From the NCBI GenBank assembly GCA_030704615.1, contig CM060732.1:8742001-8806000 (forward strand): a DNA stretch of 64,000 nt, given 5' to 3'. The notes under the pieces were generated by a model. The model was not told the DNA's origin and made no database searches. It worked only from the letters and a program-made list of their open reading frames with translations. A program made the translations under genes and the position numbers. Each line of letters opens with the position of its first letter. Positions within the stretch are counted from its first letter, which is position 1. The stretch is from Takakia lepidozioides (Eukaryota > Plantae > Bryophyta). Shown piece after piece: positions 26,571-41,500 of this stretch.

Positions 26571-29500
26571 TTACAAGTGAATGCGCATCATAGTCTTGAC
26601 TCGTGTTCCGCAGTTGGGCTGGCCGCACACCTCTATCAGCCCCGCATCCTTGCATTCCACACATGGGCCCAGATGCCCTGTACAGCAGAGATTATACGAC
26701 AGGAAATTCTTCAGAAACTATGACAATACTTCAGACACTTAGGTACAATAGAGCTGTTAGCCATCACCTTAGACAAAAGTCAGTTTGGCTTCAAGGTTCT
26801 CAATCACGCACGACCAGGGAAAATAAACCCTTTGACACACGTCCTGTGCTTGAGTGAGGAAAAAGAGCAGAGGCCATGTATGTTGACCTGTGCACCTAAT
26901 AGGATGAATGGGGTTACCAACAGATCAGGAATCTGAAGGAATATCTATCGTCAAGGATACGTTGGAACAGAATAGACAGAGAAGTCACAATTTGGAGAGT
27001 TAAACCAGAATTATGAGGAAAGGATCACACCAAACAGAGAGGGCCAACAGCCAACCTGCTCAAAAATGTCCAGAATCCCCATCTTACACGAGGGAAAAGT
27101 GAGGGTCTTACGGCAGTCAAGAATTAAATGATCAGCAGGCCTTTCATAGCAGTAGCAACACAAATTTGCCCGATTCATAGGTGCTGCCTCTGTCCCACTT
27201 GTAATGGCATTCTTCTGAACATGCATTGAAGACACAGATGCAGGTGCAAGAGGAGCCAAGTCCCTCCTTGGAATCACGGTGTCAGGAATGGGTGTTGCAA
27301 CCTGCACGTAACCACAGGCAGAAAATCAACTGGTTAGGAAGATCAACTTGTCGACTACAGTGAAATGTCTCGCACTCCCTGACACTACCACCAACACCAA
27401 TGTTGGTGTGGGGGATCCACACCAGTACTCGCCTCATCAAGTTCAACTTATTTGAATGTTAATATGCAAGATGGTTTGTCTCAATGGCCGTCATATTATG
27501 ATAATTCTCTTAGCATTTGGTTGGATTTACAGTCGAGCCTATATCTGCATGCTACTTATCAAATGCATTGTTGAAGGAGGTGTGATACACATGCGTCTTT
27601 ATAACACCCGTCAGACCACCGACTTATAGGTTTCTAAGTTCAAACCCATCCTTGAGTAGTTGATGAAGTTGGCCAACTCCCACTGGCACAAGCATTTATG
27701 GGATTCATAATCATTCCAAGAGAAGGTGTTTGCATATGATTTTGAGTTTCAGTAGGCTGTTATGAATGTTAGGTCTAAAAATAGAGACTCGTTCCATATG
27801 GAAGTGCATAGTGCATGTAGTCATGCAATGCCATGACATTGTGCTCACATGAGTAGGTGAAGAGCTGCTTCTCTTCAAATAAAATTACTCCCAATATATT
27901 ATTCATTCATAGTAACAAGTCTAACATTAGTACAAATCTGATTGCGCCTAAATAATTCACTCTGCTGCATGGTAAGACTGGTATGGAGGATAAAGCAGCT
28001 CACAGTCTCCATCTCGTCATTGCGCTGAAGGTAAGTCGCCTTCTCATCGTATGCCATGGACCAAGCCTCAGGGTGCGGGGGAAACTTCACTCTGCCCATT
28101 AAGGAACAATAAATGCAAGAAAAGTGAGTAAGCAGCAAGGGCAGCAGAACCTGTGACCCAGGCCAAAAGTTTCTACAGTGGAAGGCCACACCATACATGA
28201 ATTTATCCGTCAAGGTTTTGAAAGTTCAGCATCTGCTGTGATGAGACCTATCACAGCTTACAAGTACACAACATCGAACATACATGAAGAAATATATGCC
28301 CAACCCCAACTACCACTGGCCTCCCTTCCTCCATCCAGCTTCAGGCTCACCTTAGCCAGTTTTCAGATTGACCCCAAGCTTCTATCAATGCACCACGTGA
28401 GAACAACCCTATCTCAGTTGCCCCCTTGTTCGGCCTCTCTCGGATTCGATGCTCCTCGCTAGGTGAGACAACCTGCAGATGTTGTTGAAGGGTCAGCTCA
28501 AAATAACCATGCCATCCTGATAAATACGCATTCCAGAAGTGAATGACAACCAGTAGTTCCAGATGGTATGCGTAAAGGTCCAGTACCTCATACAAACATG
28601 GAAAGAGCAGCGACGACGAAGAGGATGCAATTGGTACACCAAGAGCTGAAGAGGAATAAGGTTCAACTCGCTCAGGAATATTAAGCAGATGACTCGTCAA
28701 CCCTGTTGATGCTCCCAGCAATATATCCTGACAGAGGGACAAATCTGGAGTTGTGGGACTGGCCAATGGCATATCAGCGCCTGCTGCTGGGACCATGACC
28801 GGGGCCTTTGACAACTCAAGTTGTTGCTTCTCTCGATCTTGCTCAAAGGCGAGAGGGTTGTATACCTGCTTAGGGCGAGGTAGCAGAAACCGAGAGAATT
28901 CAGGAACTGGAGCATGGTTGCACTGTTCAGGGTGCAAGTCCAGTGTTGAAGAACCTGTCTCAAAATTTTGGGTTTTATAAGGAGAGGAGTATTTGCGATC
29001 ATTTGGCTGATAGGAAATCACCCTTGTTGCTGGTTCCAGTAGATCAGCCCACTTTTCCTGCAGTTCAAGACCATGTAGTACTCTTAATAAAGCCATCTGG
29101 TGGATCAGTAGGTAGGTTTCTTCTATGTCAATTAACAAACCCTTATAAACTGATTGCAGCAATCACAAATCAAGAACACCTTGAGTGTACATAAGCAAGG
29201 CTCTACAATGGCTTTATCTTCCAGCCAACAAACTATGCGAATGTGATGTATAACATTCCAGCCATCCAGATAAACGAGTTTGCAACCTTGCCCTACATCC
29301 ATTGCATTTGAACTCCCTCCATACCTAAGTAGGGTGGGAACCCACTGGGCTGTTTATTGATGGATGGGCAGGTAAAGGGATTTCAAAATCTGAACAGATC
29401 TGCTATGTATGCACACAGCCAAAGTTTTTCCATTACTCACATTGGCTAGGGGTTAGTTATCATCCTGCAGAATCACCCTTTTCTCCTGCTACATGAAATG

Positions 29501-32500
29501 TACACGAATACCATTCTGCTTTACTTAACTAGGGTCCAAATTTGAGCAAAGGGGGTTTTTCCAGGTTAAATGGTTTGGTAATGGACCTAATGAGGTCCAT
29601 TACCAAAAATCATGTTCTTCAGGTTTCGGGACCTCCAATATCAGCAAGTCTAGCAATTTGAGATATCCTCCAGTGTGTACACCCTGTTTCCTTTAGCTAA
29701 AAGCCCAATACGACCTTCCCCCGATTTTCAGTCCAACCATGCAGACTCTGAATGGGACAGCAGCACTTTCTTCCTCCTCGACACTGTTTCCTCGAACACA
29801 AAAATGACATAAACAGAAGTAGCCCTTACATATCCTTCTTTTACACACATTATTCTTACTTGACAGGATGAAGATGGTGTGGTGGTCATAACCTTATGCC
29901 TTACCTTTGGAAAAAGGTGTGGGAATAGTTCCATAGGCGAAAGCTGAGGGCTTTCTTTAACTTCTGGTGCAGCTACCTGAACTGTGTTCTCTAACTCCAA
30001 TATCGAGGTCGCCAGCCTTGATTCTGCAATTGCATTGGATGTCAAGGGTGGAGATGGTAGGACAAGTCCTGGCAAAGGCAGTGGAGCGGTGCTTGCTGTG
30101 GGTGACAATGACTCACTTGGTTGTGGGTTTCCAGCATAATATATAGAGGCTGGTCTTTCAGATGCTGCAGGGACACAGACAGTATCAGCAAAAATGTCCC
30201 GCCACAACTATTTCATGATTCAAAGATACAATGACATATCAACTTACTTGCCAGGTAACCCAGATATATAAAGCAACTAGACTCTCAAGCTTCATAATGT
30301 CATGCAGGCTCTGCCTTTATACAAGACCAGCTCCACCCACACTGAACCATCTACTATCTTCATTGTCGTCTCTAGAGACACAAGAGCTTCGTACATGTCA
30401 CCTCTACTATGATCAACAAAAGAAATCTATGCCATTAATATTACAAAAATCATACTTCATACCTCCAATGATCTCCAGTGTTGCAAGCTCTCTGGAATTA
30501 GTCAACCCTCCCAGCAAGTCTGCAGTCCCCACATGGCTCTCATTTGTGGGACCTCCGGTTTCTAACAAGGGTATTCCAGACAGCTGTGACAAAGGTATTC
30601 TCAGGGCAGGTGTATCAATATCAACAGGAAATGAAAGAGCCACCGACGGAGGAATTGCTTCCTCAAACATCCCAATTTCCAAAGGTTTCCTCTCAAATGC
30701 CATAGGCATAGCAGACTCCAAATTTGAGTGCTGTGCTTTATTTTTTTCCTCGAACAAGGAAGTGAGCTGTGCAACCTGCATATCATGTCAATGAACCAGC
30801 ATCAGGTACTGCAAGAATGGTTTAGATAAGCACAGCCAGTCCCATGAGAAGCCATTTCACAACTTAGCAGTATGAAAGCTCACCAGAAAGGAGAAACAGG
30901 GTTATTGGAAAATGAGAAACTCCTTATCATGATACATGCAAGCAATTGGCGACCAATCACAGGTGCATTTACAGATAGTCATTCTCGTTCGTATCTCCTA
31001 CAGTAGCTGGTTTCGGATGTTAAAAAACATGTAAGTTTGAGCAGAGGAAATGAGTCTCTCATCCGACTGATACAAGGCAATGCGACACTGATTGAAACAT
31101 GCATAATTATTGCACATATATCTATGTGAGAGCCTAGAAAACTCTAAACTCACATGTCACCAAAAACATCATGAGAACCAGGGTAGCTGAAGGGGCCTCC
31201 TGCACCCTGAATGAAAAGAGAAGCTTTAAGATTCAACTGGTCCCTACTTGGAAGCTGTACATTGGCAAAGCAACAGGAAAATATATCTGTGTGAAAGTTT
31301 AGCATACTCTAAACTCTTAGGAGAGGTCACTGAAAGATATAATGAGAACCAGGATGGCTGAAGGGGTCTAATGCACCCTGAAAGTTTTAACAACCAGCTG
31401 GTCGCTACTTAACCACACAGCCAACAAAAACGAGTGAGAACCTACAAAACTCTCACATCATATAGAGGAAGACTCTTGCCAAAGCAGGCATAACTTTTAG
31501 AGTCACTTCACCCCGAAGGGCTACTACCTTCCATTTGGAAGGTGGACAACTACCAGCCGTAACCAGGACAACAGTTGCCTAAAAATCCCCCAGGGACTCA
31601 AAAGTCCCCAATTACTCGCACATTAAATAACCGGTTGACCCAGGACCCCCCTTAGCTGGGTTGGCAATAATGGGTGACACCCAGCATACACCCATGTGGC
31701 TTTGAACCCACAACCACTTGTAAGGCGGCCTTGTGCACTAACCACTGGGCCATTTGCTGGATGCTCTATATGAGAGGTACAAAGATATAATATAATGGGA
31801 ACCAGTCACAGGGTAACTGAAATGCCCTCCTACCCCACAAAAGCAGCAGAGAATCGTATTTATGTGAGAGCCTAGTAAGCACTACCCCACTACTTGCCCA
31901 CCTGATGGGAAAAGAGGTACACAGGTCTGCCAGACATGCGACTCGCACCAGGATGCACAGACTCGAGCTCTGTGCTTGTGAGAGGGATGACATAATCTTC
32001 TACTGTGTCAAACCCAACAGAAGGTGCATATACCAACATCGACTGCATCAAAGCGCCAGGCATCTGCACATGATAGCAAACCGAAATCATCTCAGCATTG
32101 AGCATGCATTCTACCTGAAATGGATCAGCTCCCAATTTCTTTTATATCATTAGGAGGAATAATGTGGAGGACATATTGAAGGCAGAAACCTATATATTCA
32201 ATCTCAAAAAAGCAGCACCTGATTAACTCTTGCAATTAGAGAAGTAAAAAAGAGACGAGATCTATTTTTTCATAAATTGATGCGAATCAAGGCTTCCCAT
32301 CAAATCCAATTCCAGAGTCAAATTTCAGCGGTCTCGCAACTCTCATTGCTCCTGATAAATACACAGATACTCTCTCAGTCGTTTGCAAGAGCTTGCTGGA
32401 GATTCCTGGGTGCCTTTCAGGATGCTCCAGCTGCAAAAGCTGTTACAATGTAGCAAACAAAGCTCAACCAAACCAGAGGTTCAACAGGCTTCACTCACCG

Positions 32501-35500
32501 CTTGCAAGCCATATGAAGAAGATTGGTAAACTCCATGCATCTGCTGCGTAACAATGTTGTAAATAAAGAGCGTGCAGGTTCCAGGAGCAATATGAGGGAC
32601 GCCCAATAGATGCTTTGTTGAGACACAGAAACGGCCCATTTGCTTGTACATTGCCAGCGTTTCGTTGTTGCAGCCTATCACCTGATAGAAGGTTCAAAGG
32701 GACAATTAACTTCTCCCGGAAACAGATGTGGATGGCATTAGGCACTCCTGACAAGATGACAGACACGTGTGGGTATATTGGTAGGTGTTTGTCAACCATA
32801 TCAGATTGTTTTGCATTTCTCCCTTTCTTTCAAAAGAGAAAGAAGAGCCACTTCCTATTGTAGTAGCAGCACTTAACATGAGAAGGCCAAACCAGACAGG
32901 TTTTCAACAACTTACTTGACCAAATCGAGAATTGGTTGTACCATATGCTGGGGCTGAGAATCCTTCCGAAAATTGAGGTCTACTATATCTGTTCTTTGCA
33001 GGATTCCATGCCATTGTAACCATCCCACTGGCAGTGTATGGAGGAGGGGGATTATAGCTAGTTTGATGCACAGGTCGCTGGTTAGAGCCACTGGAATATG
33101 CAAAATGAGGGTCAAGGCTGTTAGAAGTTGTTGGTCTTCCAGACCCATTTTCAATCACAGGAGGATTGAGATCATTCACATGACTGTATGGTAGGGTGGG
33201 GCCCATGGATATCATAGGTAAAGGGTTGAAATCAGCATCTGTGGGGGGTGAATTGCGACCAGATGCATAGGAAGACAACGAGTTAAAATCATCCGAGTGT
33301 GCCAAAGGTGGGTTGATAGGTAGTGAGCTTAGAGATCGAGGATTGGAAGACTGGTCTGAGTCAAGTGAAGCAGTGCTCGAGCTATTAGAATGTACAAGGG
33401 GTGTTTTAGGTAGATTACAGGAGCCAAGGGAACTGACCGAAGGAAGGGCAATGTCCGCTGAGTTCACAGAAGATGGAGTACTGCCAGCTGAGTCGGTGGA
33501 AGTTGGTTTCAACCCAGCTGGAGTAACAGAGGGTGCAGTTAAATCTGCTGAAGGAGAATCAACAACAGTTGAAACTACTGAAAGTGTATTTGAAACCCCA
33601 ACTAATGACTCTTCATTGGATCCAACAGTGCACACTGCTGCGCCAAGTACAAATGGTTTGGCAGTAACACGCAGTGTGGTCCCAGAACTTTTTGTTGAAC
33701 TGCCTTTCAGACCTTCCAGTTTCTCAACCAGATAGGCCGTAGAAAACCTTGTAGCAGGTGGCCCAGAAACAAATGGCAGCATAGAGACAGGCAGCAAAGT
33801 GGAATCATCTGGCTCTGGTGGGCCACGAGGCAGAGATCCAAGTGATGGGGTTGAGCTGAGTGTAGTCGAGCTACGTGATGGCATTGACTCCAAGTCAGCT
33901 GGTGGTGTTGGTGATGGTACTGGACGACGTAGGAGTGTTGGGCCAGGTCTCCCTCTAATGTAACCTGTTGCTGCTGGACCAGGTGGTAGCGTTGGAGAGC
34001 CAGGTCGTGGACTTAAACTAGGTGCTGGCCGATTGGACTGTGCTGCTGGAGTGGGTTGGCCAGGATGACCTGAAGATGGAACATTACCAGGAACCATGAG
34101 CTACAGTCACAAGACTTCAAACTGTCCCTCCCTCTCTCCCTCTTCCCCTAGACTCCTCTTGGATCTTCCTAAATGGCTCCAACTGAGTGAAAGAGACACT
34201 GCTATTCCTTCTTTTAGGACAGAAGAGACCCTCTGTTGCACCCCCCCCACAGCTATGTAAGGATCAAAGCATGATAGTTCACATTTGCACTGCATGTAGA
34301 AACCAGTAAGGGGGAGCCCGCCATGCATGTTTCCAATACGCAACCATGAGAATAGCAAAAGACCACAACAAAACTCACTCTCAGTTTCATCCTTCCTGGC
34401 CTGAATAGGAAGATCTCCATGAGCCACAGAAGTCTCTTCAAAAGCCTTTTCAGCTTTCTGGAATATATCAGGGGGCAGGCGCTGGACACATACACACACA
34501 CAAGTTGCTTAACAAAAATGCTGGCTGATAGAGAGAGGGTTCTCATGTAAACATTAAGGTAAAACACAATCCAAGAGAATTGAATACTTCTTGGGAATTA
34601 CAAACATCATATAATAAAATCAAAATTCATCAGGGTGGACACTTTCACCATGCCTACTTACTGGGATGATATGATTATGCACTTTACGGTTATACTTTCT
34701 GGGATGATGCCTTTTGAAAAAGACAACTTAGTTCTAGGCACAAAAGTGCTGATTGCTTAAGTCTATAACCTGTATCAGGAAAATTTCCATCACACAAACA
34801 GTGAAGAGAGGGAGAGAACATAAGGAACTTGCATACAAAGCATGTTATTTCCCACCTCCAAAAGAAAGTGAGTACACTTCAGCTTCAACCCTCGATAAGA
34901 CCTTTGGTGGTTGGTCTTTCTTGCTGTAACAGCTTCTTCCTGGGACCTGCTACCAGTCAAAGCATACAACTCGCTTTAAGCTTGAAGTTGAAGTCAGCCA
35001 TCTCCCAGCCACTGACCCCTCCAACCCGAAGTTTGCCTACACAATTCTCCAGTGCACATTATCCATAACAGTATCCCCCATGCGGGCTTATGCTTCTGCA
35101 ATCTCACTGCAGTCAAAGCATACAACTCAGCTTTAAGCTCGAAGTTGAAGTCGGCCATCTTCCAGCCACTGACCGCTCAAACCCAAAGTCTGCCTACAAA
35201 GCTCTCCAGTGCACACTATCTATAACATTATCCCCCAAGCCGGCTTATGCTTCTGCAATCTCACTGCAGTCTCATTGGCCTACAGACCCGCAGATCCACC
35301 AAATCAAGGTATACCAGACTGGCCCATCACATTTGCGACAAAGTTACAAATGCTCAAGTACAAGCTTTGGGACCTCATTGATCTCAACAAGAGTAAAAGT
35401 GTGTACCCCATGGATACCGTTGCTATGGATTGGGAAGCAAACACATCAACATGGATAACAGTGCCTGATTGAGCAAAAAGGTCTCTAATTTCTGCATCCT

Positions 35501-38500
35501 CCACTTTTTGATGCACATTCTCTACAAGCAAATGTGGCGTTTGGATTTCCTCCTGCAAGGAAGGAGACACACATCAGAGGAGACTAATCTGGCTCACAGA
35601 AAGCCACAGGACGTGCAGCGTAATGAAAATTGGACTATATTGTAGAACTGGACAGTGCTACCCTAGTAAACAATCATCAAACTATGTTCCAAACTTGTTT
35701 TGAAGAGTCCCTGCCTTTATGTTCTAGAACAGTTGTGGAGACATATGTGATAGAATGATCCGCCTTTGGAAAGATGTAAGACAGGCCCAACAGAAGACAA
35801 GTAGACAGTTCTACCCCCAACAAAATTTAGCCTTTCAGTAACAAGAAGTGCTCTTCACTGTATTTAGCATAGATGTCCAGATTCTCGTAACCATTTATTA
35901 CACAGATTGTATACTCTGCAATAATCTAAAAAGAAGACATAGAATGTGTACTTGTACCTGCTGCTCTGGGTCCACCAACAATGAAGCCTCCTCTAAGACA
36001 TTAAAGGGCAGCAGGACATTGGACTTGGATTTTGTAAGTCCCGAACTCAGGCCTGCAGAAAGAGGCTGGTCACACCCAATCGCAGTAGGTTAGGGCAAAC
36101 CACATTGTGCTTTCTCCCAATAGAGGATATGTTCAACTAAATAAAAGCCTCTATATGACGAGTTCTTGTACAGAGCAAAACAAAAAACACTTACTGGAAA
36201 CTCTGTTGCCTCTGGCTCAGGATTGAGTGGTGACCAGACTCGATCACTAAACTCATTCCGCGCCATAAGTTCAAATAGAGCAGGATCAAATTCATCCTCA
36301 GGCTCATCAGTCGAGGGGAGGGTAAAACCATCCCGAAACAAATGTACCTTCTTGGCTTTCAAGGCCTTCCACTTCTTTGACTGCAATGATACAGAAGAAC
36401 CAAGGGACCAGTCCAATGGTCAAAAAGGCATCCACCATCCACCCGTTCATGCAAATAGACCATTAAAAGACCTCCAAGTGTTACCAAAGCAATAAATTGA
36501 GATGCTTGAAGAAATGCATTTTACCCAACCAGAGGAATACTTAACACTATCACCAAATTGTTAACACACATTGTCCCCTGATCAGGCTTGCCCTCCTGTG
36601 TCTCTTTCAAACACATGGTTCAGAATATGCAGTCCAAATTTGACTTCACCTCTGCTGGTACACAACTTTACTTCCTCTGTGCACCTATCCCTTTCTATGC
36701 ACACCCTCTTGAGGAATCATCGCTGCCTTCCTGACTCCATTATCCAGCAAGTGGTGTAAGATTACTCTGTGCAAGATGTTGCAAGTTCTTTGTTGAACTG
36801 GATTTTGTCTGTAATGGATCCCTTCCTTTGTTCCTCCTAGTCTCTCCCTCTTATTATCTCAGGTTTTTCCTCAGGTGAGGGGCTCACACTACCGGAGTGA
36901 GCCCCTCACAAAGGTAGTATCTGTCCCCTTTTGTTCCACCCAAACTGGGCAAGGGGTCTATGGCCACAAGGCTACGGCAAAGAACGTCTTAGTACATTCT
37001 CTTTTTTTCTCCGGTTCTTTCTAGTGTACAAGTCAGAAGCAGCCAGTCTTTGGTGGGAATGCTTCTAGGAACAGGGCCACATCTTCATATCAGTGTCAAA
37101 GGTGGCGTGGATCTATTCTGTAAAAACCTCCGCAAAGGGATACATGCCTTAGTCTTACGTTTCGCCTCCTTCACAGTGACCACCAGTTCTCCAACTTCTC
37201 TCTTGTACACCTGAAGTGGCATAGCTGGTAGCATTGTCATCAATGCAGATTCCTGCCCGACTCCACCAGGTTCACCATCCTGCCATCACACTGCTTCTGA
37301 TGAGACACTTTAAGATAAAGCGAAAGGAACCTGAGCAAAAGGAATAGAGAGAATAGAAAGGAAAGACAGAATGTTCTCCCTAGGTTTTGCTTGCTGTGGC
37401 CTTGAACAGCATGCCAGATAGGGAAGAAAAGGGGAGAAAACAGAAAGGGGACGCGAGAATGGTTGAGTGCGGCCCCACAACCATCACCAAAAGCTGAATC
37501 TTGTGAGACTTACACTAGAGAAAGTTCATTAAAATATACATCAGTTTGACACCAGTGTTCACCCCAGACTCCAGACCCACAGCTTGTCTCGAACATCTTA
37601 AGTTAGCAAAAAGCCGTGCAGTTACAGTCAAATGTTCAATAGCCTGCACCGGACGACAAGTTGTACAAAGAGAAAGAGAATGGAAAGAGAAGTGAACATC
37701 ATAACCTCTACAGAAAGCCAGATAGAGAGAGTCTTCAACTACTTCCACTTTCTGGACAAAAGCTTACGTGCACATACCTTAGCAAAGTTACCATCATTAA
37801 GAGGCACTGTGCTTGAGGTAGATGCAGTTGAGTGCCCAGCAACTTCAACACCCCCTCTCCTCTCAAAGGGCTCAGAGGAGGATAAGTCCGTCATCCTCGC
37901 AATTTTCTCTTGGTCAACAGTTCCCCCATTCTCAAGTGTTGTAGAAGATAGATCCTTAGCTTTAGATTTGGACCTCTTGTCCTGCAACATGCAATTAGAG
38001 AAGGACTTATTTCACAACCGAAGACCCTAGGAGCACTTCACAGCTTTTAGCTTGTGTTGTGCAGGAGAGGTGAAGTGCCATTGTCGATTATAGATGGTGA
38101 ATGTCCTTGACACATAAGACCGAGGGCATACTTGAACTGTGTGTCACCACCCATCATGGTATAGCAACATTTACTAACCTAGAAACTCTTCTGAAGCAAA
38201 GAATGGGAAACAGCTTTTATGCCAATTGTTGGGAAGAATGCTTCCTCAACCTCGAAATAAGAGAGAGAACTCCAGGAGAGAAGTATTCTGCATGCTCCTG
38301 TTTTCAAAGGAAGTCTTTTCTGGGAACCATTTTGAATTAAACCGCTATCTTCAGTGGCCTGGCTGGTGTACCCTGGTGCTCATGAGGGACTCCAACAATT
38401 CACTGTCCATTCTTTGGGTCATGTTGTTGCTAGTCATCATGCGGTCCAAGAAACTTCAAGTCAGAGAGCTTCTTCTTCACATTGTTTTGCACACGGCCAT

Positions 38501-41500
38501 GTCTAGGCTTTTGTCTGTAGAGGTGGCATGCGCCTAACATTTGGTGTTGGCACATGGGATGCCCCTTGGGGCAGTGGCCGGCTGGTGGAGGCGGATTGTG
38601 CTTCAAGTTGGTTATAGAGGCTCGAGTGCTCGTTTTTCAGGCCTGTGTATTGGCCTTCCGGAGCTACGCCCTTTTTGTTGTGGAGTTGTGGTACGTGAAC
38701 AGGTGTCCATGAAAAAACAATAGAAAGGAAGTATATAACATCCAGGGTCAAGAAAACTCTACACAGTTACATTGAAGTAGCTTTAAGTAATCAAAGGGAT
38801 AAGGAAAAGATAGCATACTAGTTTCCCGCTCTTTGATAACGATAGCTCCTTGGGTGCAGATACTAGTTTCTTGTCTTTCTTCATTTCCTCCACATATTCA
38901 TGTACAACCTACAAACCAACAAAGTCATTTGCTAATCATTGATACAGATTTGTAAGTCGTGGGGAAACAGCCAAGCATCTGCTCACAGGGCTTTCTAACA
39001 TGGGGCTACACCACAGCCAACACCCCACAACCCCAAGAAATTACTTGAAAAGTTCAGACATCGATTGCATTTTGGCATAACCAGGCCAGTAAGAGTAACT
39101 GTGGAATGTTGTGATTGGCACTGCGATTCAGTTGCTGCAGTTCCCACAACTTGAACAATAACTGGAAATGTTTCTGTACTTTTTGCATGTAAGTACTCTA
39201 ACATTGGCTTCTGTGGCTGCAATGAGACTGCCAACAGTCTCAAAGGGGCCAAACGACCATACAACGCGTTTGCAGACCTGAGACATCACGTCAAAGAGCC
39301 TTACCCTTTTCTTTTCCCGTGTTTGGGCTTTAATGATCTTGCCATGGCAATCTGCATTCCACAACTCACAGCCCAAGGTGCTTCTCCTCAGTGGCATGAT
39401 TTTCACCAGTGTAACAAGACCCAGGCCATACACCAGTCAGAAATCTAAGTTTTCTCGACAAAATTTCACCTGTGCTAACAGGATATAATGAGGAGAAAAT
39501 GCTATCAGAGCCCTATATGTGTGACATAGAAAGAGTGTGAGACCACAGATTATGATTTCCAAAGCAGAAGATGTTCAGTCAGTTTGACATTAAAAAGATT
39601 GGACCCTGTCAAACACACAAGGCCTGGGACTGACCTGGCGTGACACACATGGCACCACGGACCATCTTCCAGTCTGAATTGTTTTTGTTATCGTGAAACT
39701 TTTTCTCAAAGTCCCGCCAACAACTTTGAAAATGAAACAGCACAAAGCAACCCTCTGTGCAGCGCAACTCCAGCCGCTTGCTGGATTCATGAATGGTGCG
39801 TGATGCATTGGGGCATCGATCAGTGTTTACGGCTCTACAAAGCCCCACCTCTTCATCAAACTTTTCCAATTCCATGCGGGCTCTTTCAACTGCCAGCACC
39901 CGGAGCTCTGCCTCTCGTTCCTGTTTCTTCTTCTCTGCAAGCTCCTCAGCAAGTTCTGGTTCAGTATTATCAATTATGCTGCCACCATCTGCGTCCTGTC
40001 TGGCTTTCCTTTGTTTCGCCCAGGCCTCTTTCTTTTCCTGCTTCTCTTTTAGATATTCCTGCCTTCGCTGCTCTTGCGTACGCATGACCATATCTCGCAA
40101 CTGCAGCAGGGAATATCAATCCAAAACACAGTCTTCAACAACTTGTCAAACAAATTGCACAGTAAACTCTTCAGCAAGTTCTCAAACACGATTGACAAAT
40201 CATTGATTGTTCTTCACCACAGGACGCCAGAGCTTGAGAAGCTAGAAGAGAAAGCATAGTGTTCTCAGTAAAGGAGATTAGAGTACTCCTTGGAAAGTTG
40301 CAAGTGAAGATTCATGTTGAGATGTTATCTTGCTCGGACGCTGCTTAAGGGTCCGGGAACTTGCTATACTCAGAACAGTTTGTCTTTTACAAAGTCAACT
40401 GCACAATCTTTCACGAAATATTAGAAAAACTCTACCTGATCATCAGACTGCTGAACTTTCGGAGTGCTTGCTCTCCTGTAAAACAGGTGTCTAGGTACAC
40501 CCCCTGCCATATATTTGTACTTGGCCCTAAATGACTGTACTGCCTCACTGCAGACCGCCGACTGCCCTCGACCCTCACCATTTGTGGCACCATTTTCTTT
40601 GTACACGGCCAAAGAACCCTTTTTCTTCAACAGTTTCCCAGCTGCTGGTGCATCCTCAGAGGAACTTGCAGTTACTGAGGGTCCTTCAGCTCCAGAGCTT
40701 GAAGCTGCCTTCCTCCTGGTCATGGGACTGGCAAACAAATGGACATTCACTTCAGCTTGACCTCTATTGGAACAAACCTTTTCCTAGGCACCAACAAACA
40801 AGAAGCTGCAGCCCCAGCTTCACTTCCTGCGTCCAATCGCTTGAGTTGACTGTACAGATTCACCAAACCAAGCCAAGGACCAGACACCCACCCATTTCAA
40901 GTTTTCTTATGAAGGCACAGGTTGATAATTACATCATGCAGCAGGCCAGCACTGAAGCAGTCCAAAGACCTAACTTAAAAAGTGCCTGCAAAAAAATTTG
41001 TTGCTCGACTTCCATTGTCAATTTTGTTTGAACCAAGAAGCTGCAATGAAAACAGTGGGATGAATTGTGGCTCAAATGGCTTGTTGGGAAGGGAAAGACA
41101 TGGTTATAACCGTTACCCTACCTATAAAACCAAATCATAGCAAAACTTCCATGTCAAACTAGTAACTTCACAACCTCATAATGTGCAACCTTAATAACCC
41201 TTGGATGAGCAACATCTACAAGAAAGCTACGGAGTGGGAAGACAGAGTATACACTTCAGAATAACTGAGTATTGCAAGTATTGAGGTTAAGTTTTGAGGG
41301 ATACCAATGATAGTAGGCTGGCTACACTGGCTGCAACCCTTGTATTGATGGAATGCAGCTTTGCCTTATGGCTTTAGTGTCTGCCTTTGATGCCTTTCGG
41401 AATCTACTCTATCTCAGGTACTATTCCAACACCAATAACAGAAGTTGACTTTGTATGTTGCTTCTACTCTGATGAAATCAAAGGATGCCAATATAAGAGT

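Noticed and set aside
31690-31760. Functional tRNA gene
   Set aside because: A and B boxes are present but I could not form convincing acceptor or anticodon stems; treated as a SINE head.
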